Below, in pieces: positions 39,079-49,215 of a DNA stretch of 64,000 nucleotides (position 1 is its first letter; every line of letters starts with the position of its first letter). The DNA comes from OCS155 cluster bacterium AG-349-E07. Its GTDB lineage: Bacteria > Actinomycetota > Acidimicrobiia > Actinomarinales > Actinomarinaceae. A program made the translations under genes and the position numbers. The DNA lies in assembly GCA_003281085.1 (NCBI GenBank), contig QCCZ01000001.1:251433-315432 (forward strand), in the 5' to 3' direction. A model generated the notes under the pieces. That model was not told where the DNA came from, made no database searches, and was given only the letters and a program-made list of their open reading frames with translations.

Positions 39079-40101
39079 ATGGAAATTATATTTTATGTGT
39101 TAATAGTCCTTCTTCTTTGTATGAACTTGTATTTTGTAACCAGAAAAAAAGATGAAGGCAAAAAAGAAGATGAGTATTTGATTAAAGGAATTGTAAGTGA
39201 AATTATTGAAAATGAAGAATCGCAGATATATAAACTACTTAATAAATCTGATCAAACAGTAAAAGATTTCATTGAAAAAACTGGTGAAATCAAAAGCTCT
39301 ATAACGGGTGTTGATCAGCAAACGCGAAATTTAATTTCAGTTCTTAACAACAATCAAAGCAGAGGTCAGTGGGCTGAGTTTCAAGTAGAAGATCTTTTGG
39401 GAATAATGGAATATAAAGACGGCATCCATTATGAAACGCAAAAAATAATGAAAAGTGGAACTAAACCAGACTTTACTTTTTATCTTCCTGATAATAAAAC
39501 AATTAATATGGACTCAAAATTTCCACTAACAAATTACATGGAAATCGCCAAGTTAAATCGTGACTTAGATGATGAGACTCTTGATCAAATTTCAAGAAAA
39601 GAAATAAATGATTTAATTAAAAACAAGAACAAAGAATTTTTAGATAAGGCTATAAAAACTAAAATTGATGAAACTTCAAGCAGGGAAGGTTATATTTCGT
39701 CTGAAGAGGGTACAGTTGATTTTGTACTCATGTATATTCCACTTGAAAACCTTTATCATTTCCTACTTACTTCAGTCATAGGCTCGAACAAAACGCCAGT
39801 AATTCAATACGCTTTTTCAAAAAAAGTAATTCTTGTTAGCCCCCAAACTTTAATGGCTTATTTAGAAACAATTAGACACTCCATGAAATTATTCAGTTTA
39901 CAAACTGATACCAAAAATATTTTAATTACCCACGAAAAGGTTAAGAATGAAGTTAGAAAGTTTATAGATTCTTTCGACGATGTAACTAAGCGATTAGACC
40001 AAACTGTTCAATCATTTGAAGTATTAAAAACAACAAGAGTTAACAAGTTAGAAAAGTCTTTTGATGAATTAGATGAGGTAAATAAATCTTCTGAAAATTA
40101 G
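39079..40101 (+). CDS. rmuC: DNA recombination protein RmuC
   Basis: RGQWAE, KPD..LP, MDSKFP, DFVLMYIP, SPQTL. Confidence 0.9.
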   Translation: MEIIFYVLIVLLLCMNLYFVTRKKDEGKKEDEYLIKGIVSEIIENEESQIYKLLNKSDQTVKDFIEKTGEIKSSITGVDQQTRNLISVLNNNQSRGQWAEFQVEDLLGIMEYKDGIHYETQKIMKSGTKPDFTFYLPDNKTINMDSKFPLTNYMEIAKLNRDLDDETLDQISRKEINDLIKNKNKEFLDKAIKTKIDETSSREGYISSEEGTVDFVLMYIPLENLYHFLLTSVIGSNKTPVIQYAFSKKVILVSPQTLMAYLETIRHSMKLFSLQTDTKNILITHEKVKNEVRKFIDSFDDVTKRLDQTVQSFEVLKTTRVNKLEKSFDELDEVNKSSEN

Positions 40102-40490
40102 TAGTGTTCTGACAATCTTGTAACGACCATAATGCATTTGTCATCGATAAAATTTTTATTGTTTTCATTTAGATAAGTGGAAATTTTTTGACTTTCAGCA
40201 CCCGGTTGATACCAAAAATTGTCATAATTATTTCCTACTAATTCTTTTGTAATTTCAAACCCAACATTTGGAGGTACTACAAAGTTAATTATTGAAGGAG
40301 ATAATTCAAGATCCATAACATTTTTATATGATTTAATGCCAGATATCATTTCCTCCTTGTTATTAATTGGAGCGACGTTATATCCTTTCGAAATAAGATC
40401 TAGTAAAATTTTATTGCCATATTTTTTTGGATCATTGCTTGCACCAACTAATGCTATAAGATTGTTTTTATTTTTTAAAGTATCAAGCAA
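40098..40490 (-). CDS. CoA-binding protein (YccU-like)
   Basis: IALVGAS..PKKYG, PIN, WYQPGAE, CIMV. Confidence 0.9.
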   Translation of the reverse strand: MLDTLKNKNNLIALVGASNDPKKYGNKILLDLISKGYNVAPINNKEEMISGIKSYKNVMDLELSPSIINFVVPPNVGFEITKELVGNNYDNFWYQPGAESQKISTYLNENNKNFIDDKCIMVVTRLSEHY

Positions 40491-42278
40491 TTAAAAGCTT
40501 TCAGCTTTTATATTGAATAAATCATCTTTGCCAGCAGTGACGGAAGCAGCATAACCAGATGCTAAAGGCAGAAGTTGTTCAATATAAAACTTTGATAATG
40601 TGATTTTATCGTTGTAAAATTCATCACCTGTTTCTTCAAGTTTCTTAGTAGCTAAAATTGCTGCTTTACCCATGTAATAGCCTCCAAGAACTTGTCCAAA
40701 CATCTTCAAATACGGGGTTGCACCGGCACTTGCATCTACAAGTTCACCTTCAAGCATTTTTGAACCTAACCATAAAGTGACTTCTGAAAGCCTATCAACC
40801 TCAACTTTTAATTTTTGTGCCAGGTCTGATAAAACTTCTCCACCTTCATTCATTTCATCGATAACTTTATTTACATCAGCTAGCAACCTTTGCATTGCCT
40901 GCCCATTGTCAAGGGGAAGCTTTCTAAACATAAGGTCTAATGCTTGAATACCATTGGTTCCTTCATAAATGGGAGCAATACGAGAATCTCTTAAGTATTG
41001 AGCCACACCAGTTTCTTCTACATAGCCCATTCCTCCATATACTTGAATAGCAATAGAAGATAATTCAACACCTAAATCTGATATCCAGGCTTTAGTTATA
41101 GGTGTAAGAATACCGCATCTCTCTTCACCAAACTCTTTAAGTTCTCCTTCTGCGAAGTACTCTAAGTCAAGCATTAATTGGTTATCATACATTAGGTATC
41201 TCATAGCATCTACATAAGATTTAATTGTTATAAGCATTCTTCTTACATCCGCATGATCAATAATTGTTGATTTTTTGGCGTCCTCTTTAGACATTCCTAC
41301 GGGTCTTCCCTGAACTCTGTCTCGAGCATATTGAGATGCTCCTTGTAGTGCACCAGATGCACAAGCCAAACCTTGACCGCCTACCCAAACTCTTGCCTCA
41401 TTCATCATGGTAAACATGTAGTTTAGCCCTCTATTTTCTTCACCAACTAAATAGCCTACTGAACCATCGTATTCCATTACACATGTAGGACTAGCATGTA
41501 TACCAAGTTTTTCTTCTATGGATATACAGGACACATTATTATTGTCACCCAACGAACCATCATCGTTAACCACAACTTTTGGAACAATAAACATAGAAAT
41601 ACCTTTAGTTCCTTCCGGAGAACCAGGCACTTTTGCAAGAACTAGGTGGATTATATTTTCAGTCATATTATGTTCACCAAAAGTAATCCAAACTTTTGTA
41701 CCAGTAACCTTATATGTACCATCATCTTGTTTTTCTGCTTTTGTTGTTATAGTTCCCAAATCAGAACCTGATTGAGGTTCACTTAAGTTCATCGTTCCTG
41801 TCCATTCTCCTGAGACAAGCTTTGGAAGAAATTTATCTTTCTGTTCTTGATTTCCATGAAAATTGATTGCGGATATTGCCCCGGCACTTAATCCGGGAGC
41901 CAATCCAAATGCTAAATTAGCAGTACTTAAAATTTCTAACGTACCACCGGAAAGAGTTATCGGCATCCCTCCTCCACCTATTTCTTCAGGTAGTGATATA
42001 GATGCCCATCCAGCTTCAGCAAATTTTTTATATGCATCAACGAATTCCTCAGGCATTGTTACATTGCCATTCTCAATGGTTGCCCCTTGTTGGTCACCTA
42101 TAGCATTAATGGGAGCCAGTACTTCTTCAGAAAATTTTGCACATTCTTCCATAGTTGGGACGACAATATCTTCAGAAAAATCACTAAACTCAGATATTTT
42201 ATTCAATACATTATAAGAATCAATTACTTCGTAGCCAAAAACAATGTCTTTGACTGGTGCTTTGTAGGGAACTGCCAT
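40491..42278 (-). CDS. Acyl-CoA dehydrogenase (long DmdC/FadE5-like type)
   Basis: GTMNLSEPQSGSDL, EEKLGIHASPTC, MFTMMNEAR, IYEGTNGIQALDL. Confidence 0.93.
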   Translation of the reverse strand: MAVPYKAPVKDIVFGYEVIDSYNVLNKISEFSDFSEDIVVPTMEECAKFSEEVLAPINAIGDQQGATIENGNVTMPEEFVDAYKKFAEAGWASISLPEEIGGGGMPITLSGGTLEILSTANLAFGLAPGLSAGAISAINFHGNQEQKDKFLPKLVSGEWTGTMNLSEPQSGSDLGTITTKAEKQDDGTYKVTGTKVWITFGEHNMTENIIHLVLAKVPGSPEGTKGISMFIVPKVVVNDDGSLGDNNNVSCISIEEKLGIHASPTCVMEYDGSVGYLVGEENRGLNYMFTMMNEARVWVGGQGLACASGALQGASQYARDRVQGRPVGMSKEDAKKSTIIDHADVRRMLITIKSYVDAMRYLMYDNQLMLDLEYFAEGELKEFGEERCGILTPITKAWISDLGVELSSIAIQVYGGMGYVEETGVAQYLRDSRIAPIYEGTNGIQALDLMFRKLPLDNGQAMQRLLADVNKVIDEMNEGGEVLSDLAQKLKVEVDRLSEVTLWLGSKMLEGELVDASAGATPYLKMFGQVLGGYYMGKAAILATKKLEETGDEFYNDKITLSKFYIEQLLPLASGYAASVTAGKDDLFNIKAESF

Positions 42279-42320
42279 AGTAATAATATATTAGTAGATT
42301 TTTTGAAAAAGTATAAATCG

Positions 42321-43172
42321 CTAACGTGGGTTTACCTCAACAAGTTCAGCAATTTCTTCTATTTTTTCAATTGTAGGTTCATCATTAGTTCCAGCCACAA
42401 TTGCACCAGCTGCGCAGGCTTTTTTGATGTTGGGAATCAAATCTTCAACACCAAACGCAGCAATATAGGCAGCTGTTGTATCACCAGCCCCATTTGCATT
42501 TATTGTTTTAAAATCAGGAGGAACAATCTCTATTGCTCCTTCAAGACTAATTAATCTTGCTGGTAGATTTGACGATGTTAATAAAATATATCTTACAGTT
42601 TTTGATTCCACTAAATCATTTGCTTCATTCACGGTAATTTCATCCTTACTTACGGTTAAAAAATCTAATTTGTAATCAATCTTGTGTTCATATCCCGCTT
42701 GGCTAACAAACAAATTTTTATTTTTTTGAATTTCAATAAGGTCTTCTTTTACAAATTCAATTGAATATCGATCTAACATTAGTGAGTCATATGAATCTAT
42801 ATTATCAAAGTTGTTCCAACTTGACTTTTGGTACCCTGAAGAAACAATAGTTCTCTCTCCAGTTTTGTCTACAAAGATTGAGCAAGTAGGTGTGATACCT
42901 TTATCGATTATTAAATCATCATGATTAATGTTTTTTGACTTAAGATGATTTAATAAATATTTCCCTAAAGGATCTTTGCCAATGCTATTTCCTCTTACAT
43001 GAACAGATTTGTTCCAAAGAACAATTTTTTCAGCACAATTAATTGCTGTACCACCCGCTCTGATAAGCGAATCTGAACTTCTGATATCGTCACCTTTTTT
43101 TGGTATTTCATCAACAAAGTAAATTAAATCAGGGTTTAATGTTCCAAAGCAGAGTATCTTTTCGAAAGACAT
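42321..43172 (-). CDS. PfkB family carbohydrate kinase
   Basis: AGGTAIN, GKDPLG, GERTIV, NANGAGD. Confidence 0.88.
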   Translation of the reverse strand: MSFEKILCFGTLNPDLIYFVDEIPKKGDDIRSSDSLIRAGGTAINCAEKIVLWNKSVHVRGNSIGKDPLGKYLLNHLKSKNINHDDLIIDKGITPTCSIFVDKTGERTIVSSGYQKSSWNNFDNIDSYDSLMLDRYSIEFVKEDLIEIQKNKNLFVSQAGYEHKIDYKLDFLTVSKDEITVNEANDLVESKTVRYILLTSSNLPARLISLEGAIEIVPPDFKTINANGAGDTTAAYIAAFGVEDLIPNIKKACAAGAIVAGTNDEPTIEKIEEIAELVEVNPR

Positions 43173-43193
43173 AAATTAAATTTAAGCTTTACT

Positions 43194-45161
43194 TTAAACT
43201 AAACCACTAATTACTGCGCCAGCAACAAGTATTGCAATATAACTAAATAGACCACCAACTATAGCTGCTAGCTTCATGCTGCGTGATATAGCACTTGGTC
43301 CAGCAAGATGATAAACAAGAACACCAAAAAACGGTACCAGATAAACCACCCCCAACCACACATATTTCATACTTCCATTTACTTTGTCGTTAGAGTCAAT
43401 ATCTTTTATTGCTAAAGCAGCCCAAGCAGCGTACAACACAAACGGCATTAAGTATCCGTATAGTTGAAATAACAGCTGCCATAATGTTGGGCTTGAAATT
43501 GGAACTCCGCTCATAATTATCTCCTTTTCAGCATTGTAGTAATTTTCTAAATCCTCATTAAGTAAATCCGTAGGTACATTTATTTCTTCTAAGTTTGGTA
43601 CAAAAAATAAATTTATTGCTGGAGATGGCTTATTAATATCAGAAAACTCCATATTCATCTGTTCTTTTGGCCAAGGGTATTCTTTGTATCTATTTTTGTC
43701 TAAATCAGTAGTTTGTGCATCAGCAAAAAATCCAGCAAGCATCATGAGCCCCGAAGGGTCACCTTGTAGTGGAAACCTGGCAAGAATATTAGTTGAATTT
43801 ATTGAACTACAGTTGTGTACTTGCTCAAGTAATGGAGGTGTGCTGGTTTGGTAAACATTATTTTCAAAACAGTTTCCAGGACCCCAAGGACCAGCTAAGG
43901 CTAAATCTGTATACCCAGAGTCTAAAACAACATTATCAACAACACTTACATGTTGTGAAAAGTATAAATTTGCATCAAGCATCGGGCTTGCGACAATTCC
44001 ATAACGGTCATGATTTATCACTAAGTTTTTTTCAATGACATCTCCAACCCTTCCTGGAACAACAATCCCCATCCCTTTAGCTACAACGCCAAAGCGATTT
44101 GTAGGAGCTTCATAGTTATTATTGTTAATCACAAGATTTCCTACAATTGTTGTTTCCCTACCAGGAGGATTGAGCTCAGAGTCAAGAGTATTTGGAACAA
44201 TACCTGACATATTATCGCGCCATATATTGTTATATAAATACAGATGACCACCTGCATTAGTTCCTGAATAACCTAATGCATTACCCTCAATTACATTATC
44301 GTATATTAAGGAATTACAGGGATAACACTGTCCTATATAAATTCCACTATCAGGGTGTCCAGAAGCGTATATATTATCAAATACACCGTCAGTTGAATTA
44401 AATGCATATACACCGTAATCTCCATTGTTGTAAACAGTTAAATAAGAACCTTTAAACCCTTTTGCTGTATTCCAATAAACGCCATTTAGTGTAAAGTTTC
44501 TTACAGACAAATTCTCAACTGTTACCCCATCAGTATCATAAATCTGTATTCCGTTTTCACTCATAAATTGGCCATCTATTATTACTTTGTTTCTATCAGT
44601 ACCCCTCAGTGTTAAATACGAAGTAGTCACAGTTATGCTTTCGTTATAAACTCCTGGGTTAATTAGAATCAAATCTCCTTCTTGTGCAACATCAACAGCA
44701 TCTTGAATTTTTGTAAATTTTTTATCCTGTCCTACACTCAAAACATTTTCACTTAAACTGACGATCACTTTTTCAGGTTCAACTGCATAATCAACATCAC
44801 CTACAATAACTGTACCGACCATACCTTTGTTGTTAGTTCCATGATATGGACAGTAATAATCGTAAACTCCCGGCTCATTAAATGTGTGTTCATATTGATC
44901 GCCTTTTGTAATAATTCCATATTCAAAATAGTCTGATGATATTGCTTGCCATGAACCGTCACTCGCAATCACATTGTGATCATTTGCTCCACCAGATTCC
45001 CAAATTACTGTAGTACCAGGTTCAACTCTTAAAACTTTTGGAGAAAATTCATCATCGACGACTCTTATAACTTGTGGATCCAAATTTGCAGATTCTTCAC
45101 CTCCACATGCAAAAAGCATCATAAGAAAAGATAAAAAAAGTATGCGCAGAATATTATGCAT
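43194..45161 (-). CDS. Lipoprotein with cupredoxin domain, right-handed beta-helix and C-terminal TM (PLDc_N-like) anchor
   Basis: LFAC lipobox; HNV...YYCPYH...GM type-1 Cu ligands; IQDAVD..GD.I.I.PGVY beta-helix start; three C-terminal TMs. Confidence 0.82.
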   Translation of the reverse strand: MHNILRILFLSFLMMLFACGGEESANLDPQVIRVVDDEFSPKVLRVEPGTTVIWESGGANDHNVIASDGSWQAISSDYFEYGIITKGDQYEHTFNEPGVYDYYCPYHGTNNKGMVGTVIVGDVDYAVEPEKVIVSLSENVLSVGQDKKFTKIQDAVDVAQEGDLILINPGVYNESITVTTSYLTLRGTDRNKVIIDGQFMSENGIQIYDTDGVTVENLSVRNFTLNGVYWNTAKGFKGSYLTVYNNGDYGVYAFNSTDGVFDNIYASGHPDSGIYIGQCYPCNSLIYDNVIEGNALGYSGTNAGGHLYLYNNIWRDNMSGIVPNTLDSELNPPGRETTIVGNLVINNNNYEAPTNRFGVVAKGMGIVVPGRVGDVIEKNLVINHDRYGIVASPMLDANLYFSQHVSVVDNVVLDSGYTDLALAGPWGPGNCFENNVYQTSTPPLLEQVHNCSSINSTNILARFPLQGDPSGLMMLAGFFADAQTTDLDKNRYKEYPWPKEQMNMEFSDINKPSPAINLFFVPNLEEINVPTDLLNEDLENYYNAEKEIIMSGVPISSPTLWQLLFQLYGYLMPFVLYAAWAALAIKDIDSNDKVNGSMKYVWLGVVYLVPFFGVLVYHLAGPSAISRSMKLAAIVGGLFSYIAILVAGAVISGLV

Positions 45162-45221
45162 ACTAAATTTTACCTTCCCCTAATTGCAGATTCCATCTAA
45201 AAAAATAATTAGTATAAGAAC

Positions 45222-45449
45222 ATGGAAGAAAGATATCCAACACAACAAAAAATTTGGACATGTCCTAAATGTGAATCAACTGAATACTATGAAGATACAG
45301 TGACCATGACTGGTAAAACTTGGTCAAGATTTATGAATATACAAAATAGAAAGTTTTTAGCAGTAACTTGCTCAAAATGTAACTATACAGAGTTCTATAA
45401 AGGTGTTTCTAAAGGTTGGGAAAGCGTTATAGACTTTTTAGGCAACTAA
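45222..45449 (+). CDS. Zinc-ribbon nucleic-acid-binding protein (YpzJ-like)
   Basis: CPKC...SRFMNIQNRKF..VTCSKCNYTEFY. Confidence 0.85.
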   Translation: MEERYPTQQKIWTCPKCESTEYYEDTVTMTGKTWSRFMNIQNRKFLAVTCSKCNYTEFYKGVSKGWESVIDFLGN

Positions 45450-46294
45450 GCCTGAATCCAATCTTCAGGATTGTCATCGACAAAAAAGTCTGATACAAGT
45501 TTTGCCTCTGGATCTATCGCATACTGATCAAAATCTGTAACGCCTTCTTCTTCAAGTACATCTTGGTCTAAAAAGAAATTACCGGTACATGACGAAGAGT
45601 CTCTTTTTAATACTGCATATGCGGCATCAGCATATATTGAAGGCTTTCTGGAACCTTTTACTAGCTCTTCTCCAATTACATTTCTTACAGCTGCGGTATC
45701 AAGTGAAGTTCTTGGCCACAGACAATTAGATGCAACATTGTGCTTCCCAAGTTCTTCAGCCAGACCATGTGCAACAAGTGACATTCCATACTTTGCAGTT
45801 GTATAAGCAAGGGTCATACCAAACCACTTTCTCGCTATATCTAAAGGCGGTGAAAGCGTCAAAATGTGTGAATTATCTCCTTTAATAAGATGAGGTATAC
45901 ATTTTTGGCTAAGCATAAAAGTACCACGCACATTAATGTTATGCATCAAGTCATATCTTTTCATAGGCGTATTGACAGTATCAGTTAAATGTATGGCACT
46001 TGCGTTATTGATACATATATCTATACCACCAAATTTACTTGCTGTTTCCTCAACAGCTGCCTCTACTTGATCTTCAAATCTAATATCACAAACTATTGGA
46101 AGTGGATTGCCTCCAACTTGCTTAATTTCATCTGCAGCTGTAAAGATTGTTCCTGGAAGTGTTGGATGTGGTTCTGTAGTCTTCGCTAGAATTGCAACAT
46201 TTGCTCCGTCTTTGCCAAGCGCTTTTGCAATCTCAAGACCAACTCCACGAGAGCCTCCGCTCATAATTATTGTTTTATTTTTAAAGTATGTCAT
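45446..46294 (-). CDS. SDR oxidoreductase (HSDL2-like)
   Basis: SGGSRGVG, AKTTEPHPTLPGTI, NNASAI, YTTAK. Confidence 0.92.
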   Translation of the reverse strand: MTYFKNKTIIMSGGSRGVGLEIAKALGKDGANVAILAKTTEPHPTLPGTIFTAADEIKQVGGNPLPIVCDIRFEDQVEAAVEETASKFGGIDICINNASAIHLTDTVNTPMKRYDLMHNINVRGTFMLSQKCIPHLIKGDNSHILTLSPPLDIARKWFGMTLAYTTAKYGMSLVAHGLAEELGKHNVASNCLWPRTSLDTAAVRNVIGEELVKGSRKPSIYADAAYAVLKRDSSSCTGNFFLDQDVLEEEGVTDFDQYAIDPEAKLVSDFFVDDNPEDWIQA

Positions 46295-46410
46295 TTGTAT
46301 ATTCTATTAAAAATGCGTAATTTCTGTAGAGTCTTTTATCGAAAGTACATTCCTCAAGGTACCTATAGTGAAATATTAAATTTTACTCGATTAAAAGATT
46401 GGCTTTTCTA

Positions 46411-47526
46411 TTAATTTTGGCTTGCTGCAACACTTGCTATGATAATTATTAAAGTTATCACACCTGCGGATGCAATTAAAACTTCATTTCTGGTAATTTT
46501 TATTTTTGGTGCTGAGCTCATCACACTCGCAAATAAAAGTATCGCAGCTGAAATTATTAAGGCAAACAAAGGTGCATAATCATGAAAGTTAAGGAAAACT
46601 TGAGCAATCGCAACGGATATGACTCCACCTACAACAATAGCCCCCAATGGAATAACAATAGAACCAACAATCCTATTTCTAATTTTATTAGCTTCGGTAT
46701 TTTCATCACTTTCTAGTCCTTTAGGGACTCCTAAAATCATTGAAAGTACAGAAATTGCCGCTTGTATGAATGTTGACAAAATCACTATTCTCCAAAACGC
46801 TCCTCCAACACTGATAAGGTTTGTGACAGGATCTTCGGGTAAAATTCCTAAGATTGTTTGACCGACACTATTTATAATATAAAAAGCTGATGAGGACCCA
46901 AAGACAAGACCTAGTCCGACACCGGTGTATATAGATTCCCTATCATTTGTAAGCACCCCAAAACCTTCATAATTAGTTTCTAGAAATTTTTTGATATTTA
47001 AGGAATTTAATGCTCCAATAAATGCAGTTGTTAATGAAACAATAAGCACAAAAGAAACAGTGCTATATTCTGCAGTTAGTTTTTGGGTTTCAGCTTCTAA
47101 AATTAAACCATCATAAAGAAAAGAACTTGCAAGCAGTCCTTGAATGAACCCTGCTAAAACTCCAAAACCGAGTCCATACTTTACAGATTTTAAAATTTTT
47201 TGACTTATAGAAACGGGTGGAGGTGAATCGTCAACTATAACAGTTGCTATAGCACTGATCTCTTCAGCCGGTATCTCAAGTGGTGTCTCTTCAACAATCT
47301 CTTCTGTTTCATTTTCGATAACTTGTTTTTCAACAGCTACGTCTGTTTTTTCAACGGTAGTTACTTCTGAAATAGGGGTCGGTATTGAATCACCACCACT
47401 CCAGTTATTTAATATATCATCTGAAGAGACGCCAGTTGCTTCTGCCCTAGCTTGAATAGATCTAGATAAAAGATCTAGTGGTATACCACTAGAGCTACTT
47501 AGCTGTTCTAATTTTTGTCCATCCAT
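46411..47526 (-). CDS. Hypothetical membrane protein at the end of the oxidase operon
   Basis: Small N-terminal helical domain, acidic linker, about 7 TM segments; same strand as and 17 bp after ctaG. Confidence 0.75.
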   Translation of the reverse strand: MDGQKLEQLSSSSGIPLDLLSRSIQARAEATGVSSDDILNNWSGGDSIPTPISEVTTVEKTDVAVEKQVIENETEEIVEETPLEIPAEEISAIATVIVDDSPPPVSISQKILKSVKYGLGFGVLAGFIQGLLASSFLYDGLILEAETQKLTAEYSTVSFVLIVSLTTAFIGALNSLNIKKFLETNYEGFGVLTNDRESIYTGVGLGLVFGSSSAFYIINSVGQTILGILPEDPVTNLISVGGAFWRIVILSTFIQAAISVLSMILGVPKGLESDENTEANKIRNRIVGSIVIPLGAIVVGGVISVAIAQVFLNFHDYAPLFALIISAAILLFASVMSSAPKIKITRNEVLIASAGVITLIIIIASVAASQN

Positions 47527-47543
47527 AATAAATCTATATAATT

Positions 47544-48323
47544 CTAATCAGTTGAACTATTTCTAACGACATCATCAAACGTTTTTTCATTTTGATACCA
47601 CTTCATCCATATAACTAAAATAGAAATCCAGAGTATTATGCCTCCTCCAAGCTTGAGTATTAATCCTGCTAGCGTTTGATCGTTAATCACAGATATGTTG
47701 TAAATATTTTCGACATTTACATAAGCGCTGTAAAGTGGCTCTGTACCAAAAGCAAGAAAACTTGCAGGGATTGTTGGAAGTAGTGATTGAAGAAACAAGT
47801 ATCCTATTTTTGCAGCTGAATTCATAGGTTTAATTTCATCATTAAAACCAATAACAGGAATCCACATATTCAGTGAGACCAGAAGCATCACAGAGTGTAT
47901 TAAAAAATGGAATAATGTATTTGTTACCATCAGATTTACAACTGTAGACCAATGCATTCCAACCATTACAAAATTGAATAAGAAAAACGCAACAACAGGT
48001 TTTGCAGTTATTTTAAGTACGGATACTAGTGGTTTAACAGACACTAATTTTTTCATTTCTTTATGCATACCCATAAGCAATAAAGGTGGAGATACAAGAG
48101 CTAAGACTAAGTGTTCAGCTGAATGAACAGAAAACAAATATCTTTCACCAATGTCGTGAATTGGATAATCTGTAAAAGCCCAAAGAATTAGTAAACCTGA
48201 ATACCACAACCTTCTTTTATCTTTTTTTATTGTTTTGTCTTTAGTTGATAGTTCAAAAAATATAACTAATGAAACTATCAATGCCCAAACATCATAATGT
48301 GGATGAAATGGTAAATTTTCCAT
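47544..48323 (-). CDS. ctaG: Cytochrome c oxidase assembly factor (Caa3_CtaG family)
   Basis: YLFSVHSAEH, PPLLLMG, DQTLAGLILK. Confidence 0.88.
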   Translation of the reverse strand: MENLPFHPHYDVWALIVSLVIFFELSTKDKTIKKDKRRLWYSGLLILWAFTDYPIHDIGERYLFSVHSAEHLVLALVSPPLLLMGMHKEMKKLVSVKPLVSVLKITAKPVVAFFLFNFVMVGMHWSTVVNLMVTNTLFHFLIHSVMLLVSLNMWIPVIGFNDEIKPMNSAAKIGYLFLQSLLPTIPASFLAFGTEPLYSAYVNVENIYNISVINDQTLAGLILKLGGGIILWISILVIWMKWYQNEKTFDDVVRNSSTD

Positions 48324-48329
48324 AAAATT

Positions 48330-48629
48330 TTAAGAAAAGTTAGCTGATGCACGCTCTATCATTACAATTGCAAATAACACTAAAGCCAATATCATCCCAC
48401 CAGTAAAGAATCTGTTGACCATTTTATTTTCAAACCTAAGGTGCATAAACCATCCGACAACAATTATGAATTTTCCGACAGCTAGAATTATCAATATAGG
48501 ATCGGTGAAAACCCCTACAATGTCCTCTGTATAATATAAAGCTATTTCAATTGCGGTTAGTATCCCAAGAACAATTGCAATTTGTACATACTTTTTTGGA
48601 GTGGGATGATCTATATGATTTTCGGACAT
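48330..48629 (-). CDS. ctaF: Cytochrome c oxidase subunit IV (prokaryotic)
   Basis: LTAIE, KFIIVVGWFMHLRFE. Confidence 0.88.
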   Translation of the reverse strand: MSENHIDHPTPKKYVQIAIVLGILTAIEIALYYTEDIVGVFTDPILIILAVGKFIIVVGWFMHLRFENKMVNRFFTGGMILALVLFAIVMIERASANFS

Positions 48630-48630
48630 T

Positions 48631-49215
48631 TTAAATCAAATATACTACTGTAAACAATACTATCCATACAATATCAACAAAGTGCCAGTAAAGGGCTACA
48701 AACTCAAGATTCATACCACCCTCTAAAGTAAGGCCTTTTTGTCTTTGTCCAATACCCCAAAGAGCAAGGAGGAGAACCACGCCAATGAATACATGAAGTC
48801 CGTGAAAACCAGTAAGAACATAAAAAGTTGAACTGAAAATATTTGTAGAAAGCTCGAAACCTTTATGGTAAAACTCTGTGAATTCGTAAATTTGTCCTGC
48901 TAAAAATACCGCACCTAACATCGCGGTTGCTAAAAGCCAAACTCTTGTTTTTTCTTGATCGTTTGCTTCTAGTGCATTGTGTGCCAAAACCATAGTTAAA
49001 GAACTCATGAGAAGTATAAAAGAGCTAATTGAAGTAAATGGTATGTCGTAGACATCTGTTAATTTGATGCCTGGAAAGTCTCTTCCTTTAAAAATCATAA
49101 AGGTAGTAATCAAAGTCCCAAAAAAAAGTATTTCAGTAGATAGAAATACCCACATTCCAAGTTTTCTGGTTTCTACTCCTGTAGGTTCATGTGGATATGA
49201 ATGAGAACTACTCAT
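48631..49215 (-). CDS. ctaE: Cytochrome c oxidase subunit III
   Basis: GMWVFLSTE, LTGFHGLHV, YWHFVDIVW. Confidence 0.95.
   Translation of the reverse strand: MSSSHSYPHEPTGVETRKLGMWVFLSTEILFFGTLITTFMIFKGRDFPGIKLTDVYDIPFTSISSFILLMSSLTMVLAHNALEANDQEKTRVWLLATAMLGAVFLAGQIYEFTEFYHKGFELSTNIFSSTFYVLTGFHGLHVFIGVVLLLALWGIGQRQKGLTLEGGMNLEFVALYWHFVDIVWIVLFTVVYLI

Noticed and set aside
40491-42278. Specific call as DMSP-pathway DmdC
   Set aside because: Family resemblance only; no dmdA, dmdB or dmdD nearby, and substrate cannot be read from motifs
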